A stretch of 63,937 nt of DNA, filler included, from Octopus bimaculoides (Eukaryota): assembly GCF_001194135.2 (NCBI RefSeq). It is 4 parts of 4 records of this genome, joined end to end, with 100 filler letters (N's around TTAATTAATTAA, not from the genome) between each part and the next. Parts side by side here need not be neighbours in the genome. Positions count along the whole stretch, not along the records: positions 45,894 to 59,671 come from NC_068990.1; positions 59,772 to 63,937 come from NC_069000.1; 2 more parts are not named here. One strand, 5' to 3'. The position numbers and the translations under genes are program-made. The notes beneath the pieces were generated by a model. That model was not told the DNA's origin. It was given only the letters and a program-made list of their open reading frames with translations, and did no database searches. This document shows positions 53,450-63,937 of this stretch, in pieces (the stretch's first letter is position 1; each line of letters starts with the position of its first letter).

Positions 53450-53862
53450 AATTTTACTGTTTTCAGTCATTTGACTGCAGCCATGCTGGATCGCCACCTT
53501 TAGTCGAACGAATTGTCTCCAGGACTTGTGTTTTGTAAGCCTAGTACTTATCCTATCGCCTCTTTTGCCGAACCGCTAAGTTACGGTGATGTAAACACGC
53601 CAACATCGGTCGTCAAGCGATGGTGGTGCGAAACATAGACACACAAACATACACGCGTGCGCGCACTCACACACACACACACACATATATATGTGTGCAT
53701 ATACGGTAGGCTTCTTTCAGTTTCTGTCTACCAAATCCACTCAAAGCTTTGGTCGGCCCGAGGCTACAGTAAACAGCAGCCCAATGTGCCACGCAATGGG
53801 ACTGAACCCGGGTCCATGTGGTTGGGAAGCGAGCTTCTTACCACGCAGCCACGCCTGCACCT
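53450..53862 (-). mobile_element. tRNA-derived CORE-like SINE family B, near full length, with internal (CA/TA)n
   Basis: Head GGTGCAGGCGTGGCTGCGTGGTAAG..GGGTTCAGTCCCA on the minus strand; tail CAGTCAAATGACTGAAA; matches other copies. Confidence 0.9.
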
Positions 53863-54827
53863 ATAATTATGATTATATTCAACATAGTCCCCTCGCAGAT
53901 TCGCACAATTATCGCAGCGGTCCTTCTGTTTTTCTAAGCCCTTTAAAAGTCCTCGAAAGGTTGGGTTCCAGCAGGGCCTTTTGCAATACCTTAAGGAAAT
54001 TATCAGCACTCCTTGTACAGTCAATGGAGGGAATTATATCTTTCACGTGAAAATGTATTAGAAATATTGTGAGAAAGAAAGGTGAAAACATTTGGTTTAC
54101 AACAAGTTACGCAAAGGCAAACATCTAAAACACAATACTTTAATGTACATTTTAAGTATTGGGTTATAATTTCTCTGAGAGTTTGCGATATTTCCAAACT
54201 ACATCGAGGTATTAGCCGAAAAGCTAGATTAGGCAATTAAATTAGTTATTTCAGATTTCGATATGCTGAACGTGACACATACATACATACATACATACAT
54301 ACAAGCAAAATCACACATGTACACATATACACACACGCACACGCTATTTGGGAGGTTCGAGTTCTGTGGATTGCTGCAGACAACCTTTTCCGTCATATAG
54401 GCATAAAAATGCCCAATCTATATTCTGTTTTACACGGCTACACAGCATCCGAAATATTGCTTTCTTGGCTGTATGAGGAGATAAGCATCGAAAAAGAAGA
54501 AAAAAATATTTATTGGTATATAATTATTTGCGATTATGTTAAAATGTCGCATGTCCAGATTTGGACAAATGTTTTNNNNNNNNNNNNNNNNNNNNNNNNN
54601 NNNNNNNNNNNNNNNNNNNNNNNNNNNNNNNNNNNNNNNNNNNNNNNNNNNNNNNNNNNNNNNNNNNNNNNNNNNNNNNNNNNNNNNNNNNNNNNNNNNN
54701 NNNNNNNNNNNNNNNNNNNNNNNNNNNNNNNNNNNNNNNNNNNNNNNNNNNNNNNNNNNNNNNNNNNNNNNNNNNNNNNNNNNNNNNNNNNNNNNNNNNN
54801 NNNNNNNNNNNNNNNNNNNNNNNNNNN

Positions 54828-54867
<40 letters not shown>

Positions 54868-54889
54868 CACATGTGATTTATTACTCGGT

Positions 54890-55276
54890 CGTGGCACTCC
54901 GTCGTTTACGACGTCGAGTGCTCCAGTTTATCCGATCAACGGAACAGCCTGCTCGTGAAATTAATGTGCAAGTGGGCTGAGCACTCCACAGACACGTGTA
55001 CCCTTAACGTAGGTCTTGGCGAGATTCAGCTTGACACAAAGTGTGACAAGGCTGGCCCCTTTGAAATACAGGTACAACAGAAACAGGGAGAAAGAATGAA
55101 AGAAAGAGTGAGAGAAATAGTGAGAGAAAGAGTACAGCATGGTTCACCACCGCCCCCTGCCAGAGCCTCAGGTACTTTCTCCCAATAAACACTCACAACG
55201 CCCGGTCTGGGAAGCGAAACCGTGATCCTACGGCCGCAAGTCCGCTGCCCTAACCACTTGGCCATTGCACCTCCAC
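54890..55276 (-). mobile_element. SINE family C, full length, with TSD
   Basis: Homologous to 29657-30031; TSD ATTACTCGGT at 54880-89 and 55277-86. Confidence 0.92.
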
Positions 55277-55447
55277 ATTACTCGGTAATGTATAATATAT
55301 AGTATCAGAAATGTTTCCACGTAAATCTACGACAAGGTCCTTGACACAATTAAACTGCTGTTGATATTCGATGGAATGTGTTGATAAATTATAATACACA
55401 AAGCTATCAAATAATGAATAAATCAATAATGAATGTAAGAGGATATT

Positions 55448-55488
<41 letters not shown>

Positions 55489-56283
55489 TATGTGTGTGTA
55501 TGTGTGTGTGTGCGTGTTTTAAATGTCATTCATGACGTTTTTCGCCATGTTGTAGTGTCAGTTGCATTTGAGAAATTTAAGCCTAGCCATTTGTCAAATA
55601 TGAGCAACTCTGAAATTGAGAATGCTTATTAAAATGAAAAAAGAAAGAAAGCGTATGGCTGCAGGTAACACAATGAGAATAAAAAGTTCCCTTAAAAATC
55701 ACNNNNNNNNNNNNNNNNNNNNNNNNNNNNNNNNNNNNNNNNNNNNNNNNNNNNNNNNNNNNNNNNNNNNNNNNNNNNNNNNNNNNNNNNNNNNNNNNNN
55801 NNNNNNNNNNNNNNNNNNNNNNNNNNNNNNNNNNNNNNNNNNNNNNNNNNNNNNNNNNNNNNNNNNNNNNNNNNNNNNNNNNNNNNNNNNNNNNNNNNNN
55901 NNNNNNNNNNNNNNNNNNNNNNNNNNNNNNNNNNNNNNNNNNNNNNNNNNNNNNNNNNNNNNNNNNNNNNNNNNNNNNNNNNNNNNNNNNNNNNNNNNNN
56001 NNNNNNNNNNNNNNNNNNNNNNNNNNNNNNNNNNNNNNNNNNNNNNNNNNNNNNNNNNNNNNNNNNNNNNNNNNNNNNNNNNNNNNNNNNNNNNNNNNNN
56101 NNNNNNNNNNNNNNNNNNNNNNNNNNNNNNNNNNNNNNNNNNNNNNNNNNNNNNNNNNNNNNNNNNNNNNNNNNNNNNNNNNNNNNNNNNNNNNNNNNNN
56201 NNNNNNNNNNNNNNNNNNNNNNNNTTTCTTTACAATAAAAATATTTTAAGAAAATGAAAATTTATTAAAAAATTTTAAATATA

Positions 56284-56532
56284 GGAGAGAGCGGCTGTGT
56301 GGTAAGTAGCTTGCTTACCAACCACATGGTTCCGAGTTCAGTCCCACTGCGTGGCACCTCGGGCAAGTGTCTTTTACTATAGCCTTGGGCTGACCAAAGC
56401 CTTGGGCTGACCAAAGCCTTGTGAGTGGATTTGGTAGACGGAACTGAAAGAAGCCGTCGTATATATGTGTATATATGTATGTATATGTTTGTGTGTCTGT
56501 GTATGTCTGCCCCAACATCGCTTGACAACCGA
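56284..56532 (+). mobile_element. SINE family B, 5' half
   Basis: GGCTGTGTGGTAAG..GAGTTCAGTCCCA..CACCTCGGGCAAGTGTCTT (CORE-like); breaks off at GACAACCGA into LINE sequence. Confidence 0.9.
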
Positions 56533-57428
56533 GAATATTACATCAGACTTAGGAAAATATGGCAGTTGTAACTCTCCTCTTACATCAAAAAATGTCCCAC
56601 AAGCTTGAAGAAGACAGTAGTATTGACACGAAGCGCAGCCCCTCTTGGACAAAAGACCACTACATCGCATCACACTTCGAAGGCTATGCGTTTGCGATCC
56701 AGGAACAGGAGATTGCCACAATGTAACTGGTAAACAAGAGAGATAGTGAGGCTCTTGTAATCCCGAGGTGCAACTGCATGTGCAAGCTATGTCATGTTTC
56801 TGTGGAAGACATTACGCATGTGATTAGCAGCTGTCCTAAAATATTGTCACGGTACTACCTCCTTATGCGGCACGATGTTGTAGCAAAAAAAAATTTACAA
56901 TGCCATGCGCAAGAAAGAATGTCCTGAAATAGACTTAGAAAATCCGTCTGTTATGGAATACATTCATAAGTACCAACTCAAGGACTTCTAGTGGAATATT
57001 CCCCTGCAAAACGTCGCTCAAATGTAAGCATAGCAGGTCGGATATTGTTATTTGGGACAGGGACAATCATAGAGGTTAGCTACCCCGAAGATATAAATAT
57101 TTCTTTGACGATCAAAGAAAATGTGGATATCTATGGACAACTGCTTCGAAACCTACAGCTTTTATGTCCAGACTATGGATTTATATTCATACCAATAATT
57201 ACTGGAGCACTAAGTTTTGTTAGTAAATGCTTAAAGGATAATCTGAATAAACTGGGGTTTTCAGAAAGAGAAAATGACCGGTTGATTTGTACATTACAAG
57301 TCCAATCTATGCAAGACTTTTCTGAAGCTCCAAATGTGAATTCGTCTGTGGTAACTACATATGAGATATGGAGCTTTGTATCTTGGTTGGAAACTGGTTC
57401 CCTCCTTAGTGGAAGATTAATAATAATT
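56533..57428 (+). mobile_element. 5'-truncated RLE LINE (R4/Dong-like): CCHC knuckle plus restriction-like endonuclease, (AAT)n tail
   Basis: GYAFAIQEQEI..CKLCHVSVEDITHVISSC (CX2CX8HX4C)..RHDVVAK..RSDIVIWDRD..IIEVSYPED..FIPIITGAL; frameshifts and stops. Confidence 0.9.
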
Positions 57429-57463
57429 AAAAAATAGAAGAGACACTCACAAGCATACATACA

Positions 57464-57494
<31 letters not shown>

Positions 57495-57704
57495 GCACAC
57501 ATTAATATACAAAATAAACATGCATACTTGCACGTATGTATTCATAAAGTCATTGACAGATACATAAATAAATGGATAAATCTATAAATCTATCTTTATG
57601 TATGTATACATATATGTGTGTGTATACGTGTATGTGTGTGAGTGTATGTGTGTCTATAAATCTATGCATATGTGCATAAAACCATAAATCTCATTCTCTC
57701 TACG

Positions 57705-57769
<65 letters not shown>

Positions 57770-57859
57770 CGTGTGTGTATGTGTGTGTCTGTGTATGCAT
57801 GTATGTATGTGTGTGTCTGTGTATGCATGTACGTATGTGTGTATATATATTATTCATGA

Positions 57860-57897
<38 letters not shown>

Positions 57898-58959
57898 CAT
57901 TTGCATACCTACACATACATACATACATACGTACATACAGACACGCATATGAATATATACATGTGTGTGTGTATGTGTACATATACGTACATATATGTAC
58001 ACACAAACACGCACGCACACACACACACGCACAACAAACACGCGCGCGCGCACACACACACACACACATGCGCACAGGCACACACATGCATCTCCTATAT
58101 GGTGTAAAACATTTCAAGTGTAGTATTAAAGTAATAATGTATAATATAGAAAGGCTCTCAACATCTTCAACAAATGACAAACCTGAAAGTCATTAGTCCT
58201 AACGATGTGATTTCAATCTCCCTTACCGACCTTTTAAGATGGGTGAAACGCATCGTAAGGAGAGCATTATAGATGCATTCGGCGCTTTATCTTATTTCTT
58301 TTTCTTTTTTCTTCTTGGTGATATTACTCGTAAGTGTACTGCGAGTAAGCAATTATTAAAATCTGGGTGTTCCATAACAAGAACTCAAATCTCAGTAGTG
58401 TTGCTAGGAGAATAAATTTTGACATTCTTCGCTGTGAAATAGTGAAATGGATATTATATGAATATAATTGAAGCCCAGGAAATGAAGGAAGAGAACATAG
58501 ATATATACATACATGCATGCATGCATGCATGCATGCAAACATTCATACATACATGAATGACTATATACGTACATACATGCACACAAACATAAATACATAT
58601 CAGGACAAGAAGAGGTATATAGGACAGACAGTCACTGATCATGTCTCATAATATGTGACAAAGAACTTTGATAGGCGTATAAACTGAAAGTAATACGAAT
58701 AAAAGTTAAAGTGAAGATCAAATAAACTGTGCGTGTGTGTAAATGTGTGTGTATGTGTTTGTGTATGTACGTATATATATACACATGTGTGTGGGGTGTA
58801 AAATTTTATTTTTGAATTAAAAAGGCATTCAATGGTTTCATATGGAAAAATACACAATCTTCAAGCGATCCACTTCAGTATGTTGGTTAATCGTTTCTAT
58901 TTTGGATGAGAATACACGACGTTAGACTAGGTAAGCGTGACTTCCAAATAAATCACACA

Positions 58960-59190
58960 AAAATTCGAATAATAACAAGATCTATATCTTCTACCCTTAG
59001 ATCTATCAATGAGTGTCCTCTAAACAATATGTAACTGAAAGAGTCACAATGTACCAGGTCATTATCACTGACTTGAACGGAAAAATAAAAACTTACATCA
59101 GCATGACCAGAAATACCTTCAAGGAATGATACATGAGCCATTTGGCTTCGTTCAGAGACAAGAACAAAAGAGAGGAATGTGCACAAGTCC
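58960..59190 (+). mobile_element. Penelope-like GIY-YIG fragment (different family from 22175)
   Basis: ECPLNN../MYQVIITDLNGKIKTYISMTRNTFKE*YMSHLASFRDKNKR. Confidence 0.7.
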
Positions 59191-59614
59191 CATATAAATT
59201 ATAAGTATAGCTAAGGTTAACAAACACAGAGGAGGGGCAGCAAATTCGACCTCTGTATCACAGAAGAATTAATTTTCATAAAATTAATAATGAACGTTTT
59301 GAATACTGGCTTCAAATTTTGACACATAATCAGTAATTTATATATGTCTGTGTGTGTGTGTAGAGAGAGAGATTTGTAAACAAACCCGAAGGCTGCACAC
59401 TACGGAGAAGTGCGTCCACTTAGGTCTTTTTTTTTATAATAACTGTAATTATATATATTATTTTTTCCATAATAATATATGCACGAAACTAGAGCGACTA
59501 AATCTAGATCTAAACAATTGACTGGAAAAAGATGAACTGACCGTCTGGGAATTGAACACAACATCAATGCTTACATGGCTCGCAAGCATCAAACGCAGCC
59601 ACATTTAATGTATA

Positions 59615-59671
<57 letters not shown>

Positions 59672-60204
59672 NNNNNNNNNNNNNNNNNNNNNNNNNNNNN
59701 NNNNNNNNNNNNNNNTTAATTAATTAANNNNNNNNNNNNNNNNNNNNNNNNNNNNNNNNNNNNNNNNNNNNTATATATACATGTGTATACATATACATCC
59801 ATCCATCCATACATACATACATGCATAAATTACATATACTTACCTACATGTGTGTGTGAGTGTGTGTGTGTGTGTGTAAAAATACTTATAGCCATAAATA
59901 TACATACATATTTAGAAGCAGACGACAATCATCTAATACATCTATACATTTGATAGATGCATACATAAGAATACACGCGTGTATATATGTATGTATATGT
60001 ATATACAAATGTGTTTGTGATTAAATATTATGCTGCATACGTGTAGATATAAATTTATGTGCTTGCGTACGTGTGTACATGGACGTGCCAGCCTTTGTAT
60101 CTGTGTGAGTATATGCGTACAATTACCGTGTTTCTGTATTATATTTGTCCAAATAGTATTTATTCTGGTATTAAGAAATATTTGAATATTCGTCATTCGG
60201 TTTG

Positions 60205-60259
<55 letters not shown>

Positions 60260-61249
60260 NNNNNNNNNNNNNNNNNNNNNNNNNNNNNNNNNNNNNNNNN
60301 NNNNNNNNNNNNNNNNNNNNNNNNNNNNNNNNNNNNNNNNNNNNNNNNNNNNNNNNNNNNNNNNNNNNNNNNNNNNNNNNNNNNNNNNNNNNNNNNNNNN
60401 NNNNNNNNNNNNNNNNNNNNNNNNNNNNNNNNNNNNNNNNNNNNNNNNNNNNNNNNNNNNNNNNNNNNNNNNNNNNNNNNNNNNNNNNNNNNNNNNNNNN
60501 NNNNNNNNNNNNNNNNNNNNNNNNNNNNNNNNNNNNNNNNNNNNNNNNNNNNNNNNNNNNNNNNNNNNNNNNNNNNNNNNNNNNNNNNNNNNNNNNNNNN
60601 NNNNNNNNNNNNNNNNNNNNNNNNNNNNNNNNNNNNNNNNNNNNNNNNNNNNNNNNNNNNNNNNNNNNNNNNNNNNNNNNNNNNNNNNNNNNNNNNNNNN
60701 NNNNNNNNNNNNNNNNNNNNNNNNNNNNNNNNNNNNNNNNNNNNNNNNNNNNNNNNNNNNNNNNNNNNNNNNNNNNNNNNNNNNNNNNNNNNNNNNNNNN
60801 NNNNNNNNNNNNNNNNNNNNNNNNNNNNNNNNNNNNNNNNNNNNNNNNNNNNNNNNNNNNNNNNNNNNNNNNNNNNNNNNNNNNNNNNNNNNNNNNNNNN
60901 NNNNNNNNNNNNNNNNNNNNNNNNNNNNNNNNNNNNNNNNNNNNNNNNNNNNNNNNNNNNNNNNNNNNNNNNNNNNNNNNNNNNNNNNNNNNNNNNNNNN
61001 NNNNNNNNNNNNNNNNNNNNNNNNNNNNNNNNNNNNNNNNNNNNNNNNNNNNNNNNNNNNNNNNNNNNNNNNNNNNNNNNNNNNNNNNNNNNNNNNNNNN
61101 NNNNNNNNNNNNNNNNNNNNNNNCGCATTATTATCTGGATTTTCTTGTATTTCGGGATAGTCATTTTTGCTTTTCCAAATAATCACACGCAATATATATT
61201 TTTTATTCTCTCGTTTATTACTGTTCTTATTTTATTATTTTAATTCATG

Positions 61250-61437
61250 TCACGCCGGGCGAAATACTTAGCAGTATTTCGTCTGTCTTTACGTTCTGAG
61301 TTCAAATTCCGCCGAGGTCGACTTTGCCTTTCTTCCTTTCGGGTTCGATAAATTAAGTACCAGTTGTGTACTGGGGTCGAACTAATCGACTGGCCCCTTC
61401 CCTAAAAATTTCGGGCCTTGAACCTAGTGTAGAGAAG
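61250..61437 (+). mobile_element. SINE family A, 5'-clipped
   Basis: CACGCCGGGCGAAAT..GAGTTCAAATTCCGCCGAGGTCGACTTTGCC. Confidence 0.88.
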
Positions 61438-61479
61438 ATTACTTTAACTCATGCCCATTGTCCGGAAAACTTTTGTAAC

Positions 61480-62266
61480 ACATCTGTGACCTCTTCAGTG
61501 ACACTTTTCGTTTTCGTGTGTGTTCTTGTTCCACTGACTGAGAAAAAAATACGATAACGTAATTTTCTATGCCGGAAATTTCGAAACGACATGCTGCACG
61601 GCTTGGTATTTGCGCCGTAAGTTCCAATACGAAGAGATGGTGAACACACAGGACAACCGTTGGTCTTGCCGTGTCCCCAAAACATGTACCGAGAATGATG
61701 AAAATCAAACCTCCAGTCAACATCATGGTGTTTGGAGTGATTACTAGCGATGGCGAAGTTATGCCTCGGTTCATCTTCCCATACGGCCTCAGACTCCACA
61801 CGGAGGCCTTCGTCAGGTCCCTGGAGGAGGTAGTACTATCCTGGGTCCAGAGGGTGGCTGCTGGAAAACCCTGTGTCTGACAACAGCATTCTGCACCATT
61901 CACACATGCAGGAGAACCTAGTTATGGCTGTCAGACAATTTCTGCGACCCCGTCATTCTTAACATCTGGCCACCTAACTCCCCAGACTGCAGTCTCCTTG
62001 ATTGTTATATGTGGGGCGCAGTTGAGAGAAATAGAGCAACAAAACTCCTTGTAACACCAAAGGTGAACTGAAGGCAAGGGCTATGGCAGCATTCACCAAC
62101 TTAAGCAAGGAGAGCGTCCAAGAGTTGCAGGAAATTCCAAATTCGTCTGGAGGTCGTGGTTGAAACCAATGGCGATTTTATTGAATAAATTTACTCTTTA
62201 GTATTTCAAAATATTTTTATGTAATTTTCGTAAATATATTTTAAAATAAGATGTCACCGGATCCTG
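61480..62266 (+). mobile_element. maT/DD37D transposon relic with internal deletion
   Basis: IMVFGVITSDGEVMPRFIF..QQHSAP-(37 aa spacing allowing one 1-nt frameshift)-WPPNSPDCSLLDCYMWG..NGDFIE*; end CCGGATCCTG then TA (62267-68). Confidence 0.88.
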
Positions 62267-62294
62267 TATATGTTCACGTCTGTGTATGATGGGT

Positions 62295-62452
62295 TCTCAC
62301 GCAGTTTCATTTATCGAATTCACACGCAAAGCATTGGTTAACCCGGTGTTATAGTAGAAACCGTTTTACAAAGTGCCGCGCAGTTGGACTGAACCCGAAA
62401 CCATATCTCTGCTAAGTGAGCTTCTTAATAGCTCACCCATACTCCGCACTAT
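62295..62452 (-). mobile_element. SINE family B head (decayed)
   Basis: TATAGTAGAA..AAAGTGCCGCGCAGTTGGACTGAACCCG. Confidence 0.7.
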
Positions 62453-62827
62453 ACATAGATNNNNNNNNNNNNNNNNNNNNNNNNNNNNNNNNNNNNNNNN
62501 NNNNNNNNNNNNNNNNNNNNNNNNNNNNNNNNNNNNNNNNNNNNNNNNNNNNNNNNNNNNNNNNNNNNNNNNNNNNNNNNNNNNNNNNNNNNNNNNNNNN
62601 NNNNNNNNNNNNNNNNNNNNNNNNNNNNNNNNNNNNNNNNNNNNNNNNNNNNNNNNNNNNNNNNNNNNNNNNNNNNNNNNNNNNNNNNNNNNNNNNNNNN
62701 NNNNNNNNNNNNNNNNNNNNNNNNNNNNNNNNNNNNNNNNNNNNNNNNNNNNNNNNNNNNNNNNNNNNNNNNNNNNNNNNNNNNNNNNNNNNNNNNNNNN
62801 NNNNNNNNNNNNNNNNNNNNNNNNNNN

Positions 62828-62858
<31 letters not shown>

Positions 62859-63667
62859 TTCTCTAATTCCCTGCCTAGCTTACTTCTCCTGTCGTACAAT
62901 CGTTGTTTCATCGCTTTTCTTTTTCGTATTCGTTTTCATCCCTTCTTTTTTCCTTAAACTTTCTTCTGTTTTCCTTTCCATAACCGTCATCTTTTTATTC
63001 TTATTAACTACTTGTCCACCATTCCATTCAGCGATATACTTTTCTTTTATTTGTGATTTTTCATTGTTTTTTTTTTCTTTTTTCTTTTTTTTCTTTTCAC
63101 TTTTCTCTTTGCTTTTTCGTTTCGTTTTATTTTTACTATTTCCCTTTCGTTCTGACAAAAAGACTGACTGATATGTTATAAAGAAAACAAAACTGAAATG
63201 ATAGTGACTGTGTAGAAATCTGAATATGAAACGTTAATAAACTATTTGTTTTCACTGAATTTTCCTCTTTATTTTCCTGATATTTTATTTCGACAGCGAA
63301 TATCTTTCTAACTTTATTTAGAATATGCTTTTTCGATCTTTCTTTTATCATCACCGTGGGCCTTGTCTTTAATGATTTTTTCTTGCATATATTATCAACT
63401 TTTCTCGTGGAATTCACTGACTGTTTGTTTTCCTATCGACTACATACTACCCTTATTTTTTAATTTTCTTTACTACAATTCAGGTTGTTTTCTTTTATGA
63501 AAACAAAAAGAAATCTTAAGACAAAAATAAAATAAAATAATAATAAGACGAATTATGTGTAAAGATGTGTTTGAGGCGGTCGTCTGGCTGAAACGTTGGA
63601 GCGTCAGACAAAATATCTTCTGCTTGTTATTCCATCTCATTACGTTCTGAATTCAAATCATGGCATA

Positions 63668-63937
63668 CTCTTTTACTTGTTTCAGTCATTTCACTGCGGC
63701 CATGCTGGAGCACCACCTTTAGTCGAGCAAATCGACCCCAGTATATATTCTTTGTAAGCCTAGTACTTATTCTATCGGTCACTTTTGATGAACCGCTAAG
63801 TTACGGGGACGTAAACACACCAGCATCGGTTGTCAAGTGATGTTGGGGAGACAAACACAGACACACAAACACACACATATATATACATATATACGACGGG
63901 CTTCTTTCAGTTTCCGTCTACCAAATTCACTCACAAG
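63668..63937 (-). mobile_element. SINE family B, runs off window end
   Basis: CTTTTACTTGTTTCAGTCATT..GCTGGAGCACC..CGACGGGCTTCTTTCAGTTTCCGTCTACC. Confidence 0.9.

Noticed and set aside
59942-61243. Long ORFs (300-416 aa) here and at 46925-47998, 55616-56257 and 62366-63171
   Set aside because: Open only because N and microsatellite runs lack stops.
1-63937. CRISPR array, rRNA, prokaryotic operon or defence system
   Set aside because: No regularly spaced repeat-spacer arrays, rRNA-like blocks or long intact ORFs; the sequence is eukaryotic and repeat-rich.

Overview
AT-rich, microsatellite- and gap-rich eukaryotic genomic DNA. The SINE/LINE repertoire is most consistent with an octopus genome (inference from recalled repeat families, no database search run). 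No host protein-coding gene can be named; almost all ORF-track entries are microsatellite, N-run or antisense artefacts. The window is a mosaic of decayed transposons: six Tc1/mariner relics from four catalytic classes (inferred DD36E, DD37E, DD34D x3, DD37D), RTE LINEs (one with a C4HC3 PHD finger inside the reverse-transcriptase region), four R4/Dong-like RLE LINE 3' ends plus an uncharacterised non-coding element piled into TAA/CAA microsatellites, Penelope GIY-YIG fragments with degenerate hammerhead ribozyme motifs, and three abundant SINE families. A sharp compositional boundary lies near 27 kb: CpG-depleted to the left, CpG-rich to the right. This suggests a methylated gene body in 1-27 kb, for which only low-confidence candidate exons can be proposed. 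Coordinates of degenerate elements are approximate.
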